NCBI GenBank assembly: GCA_965250285.1
Contig: OZ252299.1
Coordinates: 512,001-576,000 of the forward strand
Direction: 5' to 3'
Length of the DNA: 64,000 nucleotides
Source: Myxococcota bacterium
GTDB taxonomy: Bacteria > Myxococcota_A > UBA9160 > UBA4427
The notes beneath the pieces were generated by a model that was given only the letters and a program-made list of their open reading frames with translations, did not search any database and was not told the DNA's origin. Of this stretch, positions 9,250 through 18,942 are shown in pieces. Made by a program: the position numbers and the translations under genes. Within the stretch, counting starts at the first letter, position 1. Every line of letters begins with the position of its first letter.

Positions 9250-11064
9250 GTGAGCGACAGCCATTCAGGCCGATCCGGCCGCTTCGTACATCCGTTTCTT
9301 CTGCCGCTGGTCGTGATGATCGCGGCATTCGCGGGCGCGGTGCTCGAACGAGCAGACGCCGTCGCAGGCGAGGCGCAGGAACGACGCGTCGAGAGCGTCG
9401 CCTCGACGGTGGGTACCGAGAAGCGGCCACATGAACGCTATTCGCACGAGGACGTCCTCGCGATGCTCCGCGAGGACGACTCGGTCGTTCCGGCTGCGCC
9501 GCCGGTTCACCCGGTGCACACGATGTACAACCGCGAGGCCGTCGTGCCTCCCATGTGTTACACGCGCACCGAAGGCGAGAACAATCCCTGCTACGTCTGT
9601 CACCAGAGCCGCAGGCAGGGCCGCCCCAATGTGATGGACGATGGGGTGTTGCAGCGCGTCTACAGCTTCAGCGAGACGGCGCTCACCAACCACTGGACGA
9701 ACCTCTTCGAGGATCGCCGCGAGCGGGTCGCGAAGATCTCGAATGACGAGATCACCCAGTGGGTGAGCCACGACAACTACTCGAGCCTCGCGGGCCGCCT
9801 TCAGGCGGCCGGGTTCACGGGCTACATCCCCGATCTCGACGGCCTCGAGCAGGGCGCGGCGGCTTTCGACGCGGAGGGCTTCGCGCTCGATGGAAGCGAC
9901 TGGGTCGCCTTCAGCTACAAGCCGATGCCCAGCACGTTCTGGCCGACGAACGGGGCGACCGACGACGTCATGATCCGTTTGCCGAGGCACTTCAGGCAGA
10001 CCGCGTCCGGCAAGGCCTCTCGAGAGGTCTACAAGGCCAACCTCGCGATCGTCGAAGCCAACGTGAAAGGCCTCGACTCGATCACAGTCGAGAGACTCGA
10101 TGAATCGGCGATCGGTGTCGATCTGGACGGCGACGGATCGCTCACGCGGGTCGATCGCATCTCGGTGCTCGACGGCTACGTCGGCAACGCGCGCACGGTC
10201 GTCAAACAGCCGTTCCTGTACCCCAAGGACACCGAGTTTCTGCACTCCGTGCGGTACGTCGGGATCGACGAGCTGGGCCAGGTCTACAACCCGCCGCGCA
10301 TGAAAGAGCTTCGCTACATGCGCAAGCGCTGGGCGACCTCGGTGCCGCAGCTGGCCGAGGCCTACGAACAGGAGGCGCATGCGAAGTACGTCGGCGATCT
10401 GCCCGGCTACGTCGATCGCGGCCAGCACGGCCTCGATAACGAGATGGGCTGGGTGATCGCGGGCTTCATCGAGAACAAGCGTGGTGAGCTCCGTGTGAAC
10501 AACTACGAAGAGACGTTCTTCTGCATGGGCTGTCACACGTCGGTCGGTTCGACGATCGACAGCACGTTCAGCTTTCCGCGCAAGATCGATGGAGCGGCGG
10601 GCTGGGGGTACATCGACCTGCGCGGCATGCCCGACGCACCGACGATGGGCGAATCGAAGGGGGAGATCGCGACGTACCTCGAGCGCGCCGGGGGCGGCGG
10701 TGAGTTCCGCAGCAACCCCGAGATGCAGGCGCGCTGGTTCGACGGATCGGGTCGGGTCGACGCCGCGAAGGTGGCGGCGGCTCGAGACGTCTATGAGCTG
10801 ATCACTCCGTCGCGCGAGCGGGCGCTCGAGCTGAACAAGGCCTACCGGGTGATCGTCGAAGACCAGAGCTTCGTCTTCGGCCGCGACCCGACCGTGACGC
10901 CGCCCGCGAACGTCTACGACGTCGTCGACAACACCGCGGCGCCGACTCTGCCCGAAGCACTCGCGTACGAATGGGACATCCGTCTCGACTGGAGCAGCAC
11001 GTCGCAGGCGGTGAGGACTGAGCGGGAGCGAGAGGGTCTCGCAAACCGTTCAGAGCAACGCTGA
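9250..11064 (+). CDS. Exported protein with two CxxCH heme-binding motifs (putative di-heme c-type cytochrome)
   Basis: CYVCH and CMGCH; hydrophobic N-terminal segment; DLDGDG motif. Confidence 0.75.
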   Translation: MSDSHSGRSGRFVHPFLLPLVVMIAAFAGAVLERADAVAGEAQERRVESVASTVGTEKRPHERYSHEDVLAMLREDDSVVPAAPPVHPVHTMYNREAVVPPMCYTRTEGENNPCYVCHQSRRQGRPNVMDDGVLQRVYSFSETALTNHWTNLFEDRRERVAKISNDEITQWVSHDNYSSLAGRLQAAGFTGYIPDLDGLEQGAAAFDAEGFALDGSDWVAFSYKPMPSTFWPTNGATDDVMIRLPRHFRQTASGKASREVYKANLAIVEANVKGLDSITVERLDESAIGVDLDGDGSLTRVDRISVLDGYVGNARTVVKQPFLYPKDTEFLHSVRYVGIDELGQVYNPPRMKELRYMRKRWATSVPQLAEAYEQEAHAKYVGDLPGYVDRGQHGLDNEMGWVIAGFIENKRGELRVNNYEETFFCMGCHTSVGSTIDSTFSFPRKIDGAAGWGYIDLRGMPDAPTMGESKGEIATYLERAGGGGEFRSNPEMQARWFDGSGRVDAAKVAAARDVYELITPSRERALELNKAYRVIVEDQSFVFGRDPTVTPPANVYDVVDNTAAPTLPEALAYEWDIRLDWSSTSQAVRTEREREGLANRSEQR

Positions 11065-11119
11065 ACCGAAGCACCTCGGATTCTCACCGAGGATCGAACC
11101 CAGGATACCCAGGAGAGAA

Positions 11120-12712
11120 ATGATCATGCTTCCGAAGGCCATCTCGTGCCTCGCCGTCGGTGCGTTCGTCGCAACGACGGCCACTGCCGGCACGGAGCCC
11201 TACTTCACGCCGCTGACCGAATCGGCCCCTGTCACCACGGCAAACAGCGTCGAAGAGACCACCGCGCCGTGGGTGGTGCCGGCGGGCATTTCGCAGAGGA
11301 ACGCGACGAGCATGCAGGAGATCGAGGCCGATCCGTCGCAGAGCGTCGGTCGGGCGCCCGACGTCACGCTGCCCGATGGCTCGGTCGCATCGGCCGGGGC
11401 GTCGCAGTCGATGTGGGACATGTCGGCGTACGACCTGACGAGTCGCTTCATCTACATCCCGCACGAGTCGCCTTGGGCAGCCGGCGTCAGCCGCTACGAC
11501 ACCTGGACCGACCGAAATGAGCTGCTCTGGCGTGGGGATGGTCAGGGCGTGCTGGGCGATTGGAGCAACGACTTCGCCGCGTTCGATCCCGCGACGTTCA
11601 CGCCCATGTGCACGGTGCTCGCAGGCGAGGAATGGTCGGGCGAGGGTCGCCTCTTCGAGACGACCAACCCCTACGCCCCGACGAGTGAGATCGAAGTGCG
11701 CGAGCTCGAGAGCATCGCGAACGTCGCCCACGAGGGGCTGCGCTTCAGCGCCGACCAGAAGACGCTGTACTTCGTCGACGAGTGGCGCTCGGGCTCGATC
11801 TACAAGTTCGTCATGAAGAAGAGGGGGGATCTGACCCGCGGTCAGACCTTCGTCCTCGCCGTCGACGACTTCGCGGGCGATCCGGCCGACTACTTCTCGG
11901 ACGAGAGCAACGTCGATCAGCCGCGCACCGGTCTGGCCACGTGGGTGCCGATCACCGACAAGCGCGGCACGCCGCTGACCGAGGTCGACCCCTTTCTCAA
12001 TGGGCCGACCAACGATCCCCGTGACAACCTCGACACCCGCGGTGGCCGACCGGCTGCAGACGAGGTGAACGGCACGCCCTACGGCCGCCCCGAGGACATG
12101 GAGATCGGGCGGCTCGCCAACGGCAACGAGGTCATGTACTTCACGGCCACGTCCGAGACGACGGTCTACTCGGTCGAGATGCTCGACGATGAATCGGCCT
12201 TCGTCCGGGTCTTCGCCTCCTTCGACACGCCCACGAACGTGGGCTTCGAGGCGACGACGGGCGTGCTCAATAGCCCCGACAACCTGGCCCAGGATGCGCT
12301 CGGCAACATCTACGTGATCGAAGATGCGCCGAACGGCTCGTCGACCGGGGGCGACATCTGGTTCGCGCGCGACACCGACAACGACGGGGTCGCCGAGTCG
12401 CTCGACCACTTCCTGAGCATCCGCGTCGCGGGGTCGGAGGCGACGGGCATGGAGTTCAACCCGATCCGGGCGACCGAGTTCGTGGTCAACGTGCAGCACC
12501 CCGCGAGCACGAACCTCGAAGAGGTGCCGAACGGTTTCGGCGACGCCATGTGGCGGTTCAGCGTTCGCGGCGCCGAAGACCGGCGGTTCGTACGAAAGCT
12601 CCGGTGGGCAGGCTTCGGCGACTTCATCGCCGGCTTGCCCGAGTTTGCGAGGTGCTCGGCTGCCATGCGTGACCAGATGGCATCGAACCGACGTGGGGGG
12701 CACAAGCGCTGA
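11120..12712 (+). CDS. PhoX/DUF839-family beta-propeller metallophosphatase-like protein
   Basis: GEE, HEG, RPED, PDNL, IED, EATG, VNVQHP in PhoX order; AGGAG RBS; Sec-like signal peptide. Confidence 0.8.
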   Translation: MIMLPKAISCLAVGAFVATTATAGTEPYFTPLTESAPVTTANSVEETTAPWVVPAGISQRNATSMQEIEADPSQSVGRAPDVTLPDGSVASAGASQSMWDMSAYDLTSRFIYIPHESPWAAGVSRYDTWTDRNELLWRGDGQGVLGDWSNDFAAFDPATFTPMCTVLAGEEWSGEGRLFETTNPYAPTSEIEVRELESIANVAHEGLRFSADQKTLYFVDEWRSGSIYKFVMKKRGDLTRGQTFVLAVDDFAGDPADYFSDESNVDQPRTGLATWVPITDKRGTPLTEVDPFLNGPTNDPRDNLDTRGGRPAADEVNGTPYGRPEDMEIGRLANGNEVMYFTATSETTVYSVEMLDDESAFVRVFASFDTPTNVGFEATTGVLNSPDNLAQDALGNIYVIEDAPNGSSTGGDIWFARDTDNDGVAESLDHFLSIRVAGSEATGMEFNPIRATEFVVNVQHPASTNLEEVPNGFGDAMWRFSVRGAEDRRFVRKLRWAGFGDFIAGLPEFARCSAAMRDQMASNRRGGHKR

Positions 12713-12830
12713 TCGATCCATGCGCCGCGGCGCCGCGGCGTGAAACGGTCGGTCGATCATCGGTGCGCCGTCGCGAGCGAGGCTCGCGGCGGCGCATCTT
12801 CGTTTCGGGGTGCGCAGCCCGGGGCGTGCG

Positions 12831-13217
12831 CTAGCCGTCGACGCTGACTGCGCCGGTGATCTCGTCCGCCGAGCGGTGGACCCGGCTCACGATGTCGTAG
12901 CGATCGTCGCGGTCGATGTCGAAGCCTTCGAGCGTCTCGATGAGATGATCCAGAAAGCGCTGCAGGTGATGCGGGCGAATCCCCAGCCCGGCATGGACCT
13001 CGCCGATCGGGCGTCCCGAATATGCGTGCGGGCCATCGAGCGCCATCGAGAAGAACTCGGCCTGCATGTGCTGCAGCTTCTCGACCGGCACGTCTTCGAA
13101 GAAGGGGCGCAGGTCGGGGTCGGTCAGTACGCGGCGGTAGAAGTCGACGATGAGGCGCTTGACTGCGTCCTGCCCGCCGATCCGGTCGTAGAGCGTCGCC
13201 TCGTTCGAATCGTCCAT
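12831..13217 (-). CDS. Group I truncated hemoglobin
   Basis: LYDRIGG, FY, PFF, GP..YSGR, proximal His in VHAGL; GGAGG RBS. Confidence 0.9.
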   Translation of the reverse strand: MDDSNEATLYDRIGGQDAVKRLIVDFYRRVLTDPDLRPFFEDVPVEKLQHMQAEFFSMALDGPHAYSGRPIGEVHAGLGIRPHHLQRFLDHLIETLEGFDIDRDDRYDIVSRVHRSADEITGAVSVDG

Positions 13218-13393
13218 CGCTGACCTCCATCGGTTGGCTCACCGGGTTCAACGGGAGCCTAAGCGCTCGACGCCCCGCTGCAACGCATCGGCCCGATGCG
13301 CGGTGGCACCCGTCTTCGACCTTCCCGGGCCGCGTCGGTACACTGCACCAACGCGCGACACGGGTCGCGTCGACGCAATCAGGCGCGGCGCCC

Positions 13394-14986
13394 ATGCGCG
13401 CCGAGGTCGTGGAGAACCCGCACCTGGACCCCTCGCGGCGCGCGACAGCGGCCATCGTCTTCGCGACGCTCGGGGTCGCCGCGGTCGCGTTCGCTCCGCT
13501 GTTCGCGGGGGGCTTCCAGGCCGACGACTTCCCCCACGTGGTGCACGTGCTCGAGCGTGGGCCCTTCGCCGTCTGGTCGGGCGGCGAGTCGTTCTTTCGC
13601 CCCGTCGTCTCGCTGAGCTTCTGGCTCGACGCGATGCTGTGGGGGCCCCACGCCCGCGGCTTCCACGTCTCGAACGTGTCGTTCCACATCGGCACGGCGC
13701 TGGCCGTCGGCTGGCTGGCGATGCGGCTCTCGCGCGCCGACGGGCCGGCTGCGCCGCGCGTCTGGCTCGCGGGGGCGCTGCTCTTCACCGTGCTGCCGTC
13801 TCATTCCGAGGCGGTCGGGTGGATCTCGGCCCGGGTCGACCTGCTGTCGGCGCTCGGCGCAGTCGGTTCGCTGGTGTTCTACGTGCGGTTTCGCGAGCAC
13901 GGCGGGCGGGGGCACCTCGCCGGCTCGCTCGTCGCGCTGGCGTTCGGGCTCCTCTCGAAGGAGTCGGTCTTGCTCACACCGCTCATTCTGGTCGTGATCG
14001 AGATCGTCCACTTCGAATCGTCCCCTCGCCGCGCGGTCGTGCGGGTGCTTCCGTTCTTCTTGCTCGGGGCCGTGTACGTCCTGGTGCGCGCCGTCATGGT
14101 CGGGGACCTCGTCGGCGGATACGGGGCGACGCGTCATCTCGACCTGACGCCGCTCGCGCGCAATCTGCGGACGTTTCCGGTGCGCGTCTGGTTGCCGCCG
14201 CTCGATGGCGACGCCTACGTGGTGTGCGCGCGGGTGATCTTCGTGGTCGCTGGCGGAGCCTTCGGCGTCGCGTTGTGGCGAGATCGTCGACGCGCGCTTC
14301 GCTTCGGTCTCGCTTCAGCCGTCGCGTTCTACGCCGCCGCCGCCCCGATGCTCACGCTCTGGGTCTCGCGCGAGCTCTCGTCGGGCGAACGCTTCCTTTA
14401 CTGGCCCTCGGCCGTGGCCTGCGTCGTCGTCGTCGCGGCCGGGTCGCGCTTCGCGCGGCACCGCGTGTTCCCGATCGTCCTGCTCTCGGTCGTGGTGGTC
14501 GCGGGCGCGATCTCGTACCGGGGTGTCGTGCCGTGGGCCCGGGCCGGGCAGGAGACCGAGGCGGTGGCGCGGGCGATCGCCGCGCTTCCCGAGCAGCGCC
14601 GCACCCTGGTCGGTCCGCTGCTCGACTCGAGGCAGGGCATCTACATGTTTCGCAACGCGTTCGAGTACGCGATGCGGCTCTACTCGGACACGCCCCGCGC
14701 GACGATCCCACTCGCGCCGATCCGGTTTCGCGAGGACGACACACGAGCGCCGCTCGTCGTCGCGCTCGAAGACGGTGGCGCTGTGATCGAAGCCTCGGCC
14801 GCGGAGGGCGGGCTCTTCGTGCTCGACCGGTTCACCCGGGGCGTGCAGGTGCGGGTCCGCGAGCCGAAGCGGGTGGTTGTCGAGCTGCCCGACGCCAACG
14901 CAGCCGACGCGGTCGTGATCGTCGAAGGCGTACGGCTCGACGTCTGCCGGCCAACGCTCGACTGCCCGAGTGGCGCAACGCGCTAG
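13394..14986 (+). CDS. Multi-pass membrane protein, GT-C glycosyltransferase-like
   Basis: ADDF, FFRP, HSEAV.WIS.R, SKE, ERFLY motifs; many hydrophobic helices. Confidence 0.65.
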   Translation: MRAEVVENPHLDPSRRATAAIVFATLGVAAVAFAPLFAGGFQADDFPHVVHVLERGPFAVWSGGESFFRPVVSLSFWLDAMLWGPHARGFHVSNVSFHIGTALAVGWLAMRLSRADGPAAPRVWLAGALLFTVLPSHSEAVGWISARVDLLSALGAVGSLVFYVRFREHGGRGHLAGSLVALAFGLLSKESVLLTPLILVVIEIVHFESSPRRAVVRVLPFFLLGAVYVLVRAVMVGDLVGGYGATRHLDLTPLARNLRTFPVRVWLPPLDGDAYVVCARVIFVVAGGAFGVALWRDRRRALRFGLASAVAFYAAAAPMLTLWVSRELSSGERFLYWPSAVACVVVVAAGSRFARHRVFPIVLLSVVVVAGAISYRGVVPWARAGQETEAVARAIAALPEQRRTLVGPLLDSRQGIYMFRNAFEYAMRLYSDTPRATIPLAPIRFREDDTRAPLVVALEDGGAVIEASAAEGGLFVLDRFTRGVQVRVREPKRVVVELPDANAADAVVIVEGVRLDVCRPTLDCPSGATR

Positions 14987-15255
14987 GGCGTGACGCACTC
15001 CAGACGGTCGATCGCGTGGACCGGCGCGTCGTGGCCTGCCATCAGGTCGGCGATGGCCCCGTATACGAGCTGCTGCTGCTTGACGCGGTTCAGCCCCTCG
15101 AACGCCGCACTCACGACGCGAATGTCGAAGTGGCGCGGCCCCCCCGAGCCGATCTCGATGTCGCTGCCCTCGGGCAGCGCCGCGGCGATCGCGTCGCGCA
15201 TCTTCTCGATCGTTTCTTCGGGCTTCGGGCCGGCGTTGATGATCTGCAAAGCCAT
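14983..15255 (-). CDS. BolA/IbaG family protein
   Basis: HFDIRVVSAAFEGLNRVKQQQLVY...VHAI; downstream of Grx4 gene. Confidence 0.9.
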   Translation of the reverse strand: MALQIINAGPKPEETIEKMRDAIAAALPEGSDIEIGSGGPRHFDIRVVSAAFEGLNRVKQQQLVYGAIADLMAGHDAPVHAIDRLECVTP

Positions 15256-15264
15256 GGCGGATCC

Positions 15265-16194
15265 CTAGTAGCGCGGAACGCTGTCGTCGATGCGTGCACT
15301 CCACGCGTCGATGCCGCCCTCGACATTGTGCACGTTGACGAAGCCGAGCGAAGCGAAGTGATCGGCGGCGGCCTGGCTGCGGCCGCCATGGTGGCAGTGG
15401 AAGACGATCATCGAGTCCTTCGGCAGCTGCTCGAGCCGTGCGGCCTCGGCCTCGGTCATGAGCACCGAGCCCGGGATCGATGCCTTCGCCCGCTCCTCGG
15501 GCGTGCGCACGTCGAGCAGCTCGTGGGGCTCGCCCGAGTCGAGCAGCGCCTTCAGGTTCTCGACCGTCATCTGGCTGACCTGGGGCGCGTTCGGGTTGTC
15601 GATCTTGAAGCCCTGGCCCTGCGGCGAGTCGACGACGTCGATCGACACGCCCTCGGCGCGGCCCGCCGTCATCGGATCCATCAGCAGCGTGACGCCGTTG
15701 GTGTTCACCTCGACGTCCATCGCGCCGCGCGGCGCGACGGTCAGCCCGGTGCGAAAGTCCGACTCGATCTGCAGGTGGAGCAATCGCCCGCCCTCGCTGT
15801 GCTGCGCCTGGGCGGCGTTGAGCGCATCGGCGGCGGCGTCGCTGATCGTGATCGTCGGCGGCTCGTTCGACGGGGCTTCGACGCCGAGCGCGTCGAAGAG
15901 CTCACCCGTGCCGGCCATCTCCTGGATGATGTCGCAGCCTCCGACGAACTCGCCCTTCACGTAGAGCTGGGGGATCGTCGGCCACGACGAGAACACCTTG
16001 ACGCCCTCGCGCACCTCGTGGTCGGAGAGGACGTCGAAAGTCTGATAGTCGGGAAGCAAGCTGTCTAGGATGCGAACGACGGTGGCCGAGAAGCCACACT
16101 GGGGCTGCTGTCGGTTGCCCTTCATGAACAGCAACACCTGGTTCGAGTCGACGAGCTGCTGAATGCGGTCGCGGGTCTCGGTTGCGAGTTCCAC
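15265..16194 (-). CDS. grxD: Monothiol glutaredoxin (Grx4) fused to an A-type-carrier-like domain and a rhodanese domain
   Basis: FMKG..PQCGFS, WPTIPQLYV.GEFVGGCD; ITISDAAA...GFKIDNPN; LDVR..EE, CHHGGRS, GGIDAW. Confidence 0.88.
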   Translation of the reverse strand: MELATETRDRIQQLVDSNQVLLFMKGNRQQPQCGFSATVVRILDSLLPDYQTFDVLSDHEVREGVKVFSSWPTIPQLYVKGEFVGGCDIIQEMAGTGELFDALGVEAPSNEPPTITISDAAADALNAAQAQHSEGGRLLHLQIESDFRTGLTVAPRGAMDVEVNTNGVTLLMDPMTAGRAEGVSIDVVDSPQGQGFKIDNPNAPQVSQMTVENLKALLDSGEPHELLDVRTPEERAKASIPGSVLMTEAEAARLEQLPKDSMIVFHCHHGGRSQAAADHFASLGFVNVHNVEGGIDAWSARIDDSVPRY

Positions 16195-16354
16195 GGCGAT
16201 CTCCGAAGTCGGCGAAAACGCGAGGGTTTCCGGGGTTTTTGGGGGCGCCGAGCCTAGCAGGGCCCACCTCGGCCTGCCGCTCGGTTCGGATCTGTACGCC
16301 TTGGATGCAGCGCGCCTCGCGAGGTCGCACGGCGTGCCAGCCGGGAGGCCGGGG

Positions 16355-16624
16355 CTAGTCGGTGCAGCTGATCCGGTCGGGGGCGAGTCGCCCGCAGGTC
16401 ATCACGCTCGTGACGCCGCTCGAGAGCACGCTGCAGGCCGATGAACGCGCCTGCGCGACCGCCTCGTCCTGGGTGGCGGCCCGCGCGGTCGAACATTCGG
16501 TGAAGCCTTCGTGGGTCATGCAGACTTCGCACTCGGCGCTCGTCTGCGACATGGTCGTCCAAACCATCATCGCGACGAAGAGAACGCCGAGTCCGATGCC
16601 GACGATCGCGCGCTGACCCTTCAC
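16355..16624 (-). CDS. Small membrane-anchored Cys-rich hypothetical protein
   Basis: N-terminal hydrophobic helix followed by six Cys in about 60 aa. Confidence 0.6.
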   Translation of the reverse strand: MKGQRAIVGIGLGVLFVAMMVWTTMSQTSAECEVCMTHEGFTECSTARAATQDEAVAQARSSACSVLSSGVTSVMTCGRLAPDRISCTD

Positions 16625-16668
16625 GATCGGGCGCTCATGGGGGGCTCCGTTCCGCGCGACCGGGCGAC

Positions 16669-18726
16669 TCAGGCCTGGAGCTGGACGAGGTCGACGAGAA
16701 TGCGCAGGGCTTCCTGCTGCTGGGGCGTCAGCTCGACGTCGTCGCCGTCGTCGTCGCTTTCGTTCTCGCTCTCGCTGTCGCTGTCGTCTTCGCCGTTCTT
16801 CTTCTGCTCTTCGGCCTGCTCGGCCATCATGTCGCCGAGGCGCATGACGCCGTTCTGAGCCCGCGCCTTGGCGAGCTTCTCTTCGAGCTCGGTGAATTCC
16901 TCATCGGCCGCGACGCGCTCGGCCGAGCGTCGGTTCAGCTCGGCGACGATCTCCTGCGTGATCGGCTTCCAGGGAGTCGAGATCTGGCCATCGAGTCGGG
17001 CCACCGACTTCTCGTCGACGAACGACGGGATCGTCTGGCCGGGCAGGGCGTAGGGCTGGTAGCGCTCGCCGTACTCGTCGATGTTGAAGGGAGAGGGCAC
17101 GACGACGTCGCTCTCGACGCCGTCGTTCTGGGTCGATTTGCCGCCCGGGCGGAAGAAGAGGGCGGTCGTGACCTTGAGTGCACCGAGGCCCTGGTGCAGC
17201 TGCACCATGCTCTGCACGGTGCCCTTGCCGAAGGTGTGACCGTCGCCAACCACGACCGCGCGGTCGTAGTCCTTGAGCGCACCTGCCACGATCTCCGAAG
17301 CCGAGGCGCTGACGCGCGACGTGAGCACGACGAGCGGCCCATCCCAGATGATCTTCGAGCTGCGATCGCGCAGCACCTGCACCTTGGCGAAGCCGTCGCG
17401 CACGGCGACGACGCCGCCGCGTTCGATGAAGAAGCCGGCGATGTCGACCGAGTTCTCCAGCAGGCCGCCGCCATTGCGCGAGAGGTCGAGCACGAGCCCG
17501 TCGAGCTCCTTCTGCTTTGCCTCGCGCAGCAGGCGCTCGACGTCGCGGCTGCTCTGACGCTCGCCGGGGTTTCGATCGCCGTAGAACGAGGGCAGGTCGA
17601 GCATGCCGAGCTTGAGCGTTCGCCCGTCGTCGAGCTCGACCTCTTCGACGCGCAGCTTGGCGGCCGCCTCCTCGAGCTTGATCTTGTCGCGCACGATCGA
17701 GACGTTGAAGCGCTCGGCGGTCTCGCCCTGGCGCAGGATCGTCAGATGCACGGTGGTGCCGCGCTTGCCCCGAATCAGGCGCACGACGTCGCGCAGATCC
17801 ATGTCGATGATGTCGACCGATTCGTCCGAGTCGTCCTGACGCACCGCGATGATCTTGTCCTGGGGCTCGAGGACGTCGACGCCGTCGGCCGCGCCGCCCG
17901 GGATCACCTTCTCGACCACCGAGTAGCCGTCGCGCGACGAGAGTGCGACCCCGATGCCCTCGAGCGAGAGACCCATGCTGATCTGGAAGTCTTCGAAGTG
18001 ATCCCGCGAGAAGTAGTTCGAGTGCGGATCGAGGGCGCTCGCGAAGGCGTCGAGGAACGCCGCGTAGACGTCCTCGTCGGTGACCTCGTTGGCGCGCTTG
18101 GTCTTGAGCTCGTAGCGGTGAACGAGCTTCTCTTTCGCCTCGGCCAGCTCCATGTCGGAGCTGAGGTAGTTCGACATCTGAAAGTGGATGAGCTGCATCA
18201 TCAGCTCGCGCTGCGCGTCGGCGTCGACGGGTCGTCCGCGCTTCTCGGGGTCGAGGATCAGCGTCGCATCCTCATCGACCGAGTAGCCGTCTTCCGCGAG
18301 GATGACGCGCACCATCTCTTCCATCGCCGCGACGCGCTTGCGCACGTCCTTCTCGATCTTGAGCAGCTGTGTGCAGTCGCCTTCGCGAATGTCCTGGAAG
18401 ATGCCGACCATCGAGCTCTCGAGGGCGGTCACCTCGTCTTCGAGAAACAGCACCTTCGACGGGTCGACGCGCTTGACGTAGTTGTCGATCGCGCGCTTTC
18501 GCAGCTCATCGTTCAGATAATGAAAATCGATGTGCTTCTGAAGGTAGGTGCGGAACAGCTCGGGCACGCGCTCGCAGGTGAGCTCGGTGCCGAGCGCTGT
18601 GGCGGCCGACGCAGGGGTCGGCAGCGCGGCAACGGCGCCCAGCTGAGCGAGCGCGAACAGCGCGACGGCGAGCGCGCCCTGCAGCAGGCGCCCCCGGGTG
18701 GACGGTCGGGACGATTCACGGGACAT
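16669..18726 (-). CDS. prc: Carboxyl-terminal (tail-specific) protease, S41 family
   Basis: DPHSNY, PDZ-like GIGVAL, DLSRNGGG, SASASEI, TFGKGTVQ; likely start MSRESS at 18726. Confidence 0.9.
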   Translation of the reverse strand: MSRESSRPSTRGRLLQGALAVALFALAQLGAVAALPTPASAATALGTELTCERVPELFRTYLQKHIDFHYLNDELRKRAIDNYVKRVDPSKVLFLEDEVTALESSMVGIFQDIREGDCTQLLKIEKDVRKRVAAMEEMVRVILAEDGYSVDEDATLILDPEKRGRPVDADAQRELMMQLIHFQMSNYLSSDMELAEAKEKLVHRYELKTKRANEVTDEDVYAAFLDAFASALDPHSNYFSRDHFEDFQISMGLSLEGIGVALSSRDGYSVVEKVIPGGAADGVDVLEPQDKIIAVRQDDSDESVDIIDMDLRDVVRLIRGKRGTTVHLTILRQGETAERFNVSIVRDKIKLEEAAAKLRVEEVELDDGRTLKLGMLDLPSFYGDRNPGERQSSRDVERLLREAKQKELDGLVLDLSRNGGGLLENSVDIAGFFIERGGVVAVRDGFAKVQVLRDRSSKIIWDGPLVVLTSRVSASASEIVAGALKDYDRAVVVGDGHTFGKGTVQSMVQLHQGLGALKVTTALFFRPGGKSTQNDGVESDVVVPSPFNIDEYGERYQPYALPGQTIPSFVDEKSVARLDGQISTPWKPITQEIVAELNRRSAERVAADEEFTELEEKLAKARAQNGVMRLGDMMAEQAEEQKKNGEDDSDSESENESDDDGDDVELTPQQQEALRILVDLVQLQA

Positions 18727-18942
18727 GCGGCGGATGATAACAGCAGCCTCACTGATCGCGGGCCCGGTTGCATCGGTTCGGGCCTGGCGTGGGGGGTTGG
18801 AAACCACCTGATTCTGATCGGTTTTCGGACCGGCTGACTTCAGCGGGTTCCGCCCCGGTTGGACGCCTCCAGTGTGGGCGCGGGTTCACTCCAATCAAGT
18901 CGAAGCGGTGGCGAGGTGGCCGACAAGGCCCCGAGAGGCGTC

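Noticed and set aside
16735..16795. Short-period repeats in prc
   Set aside because: They simply encode an acidic low-complexity linker near the C-terminus
18727..18942. Possible ncRNA or tRNA upstream of prc
   Set aside because: Only a short GAAA-loop hairpin; no recognisable cloverleaf or family motif
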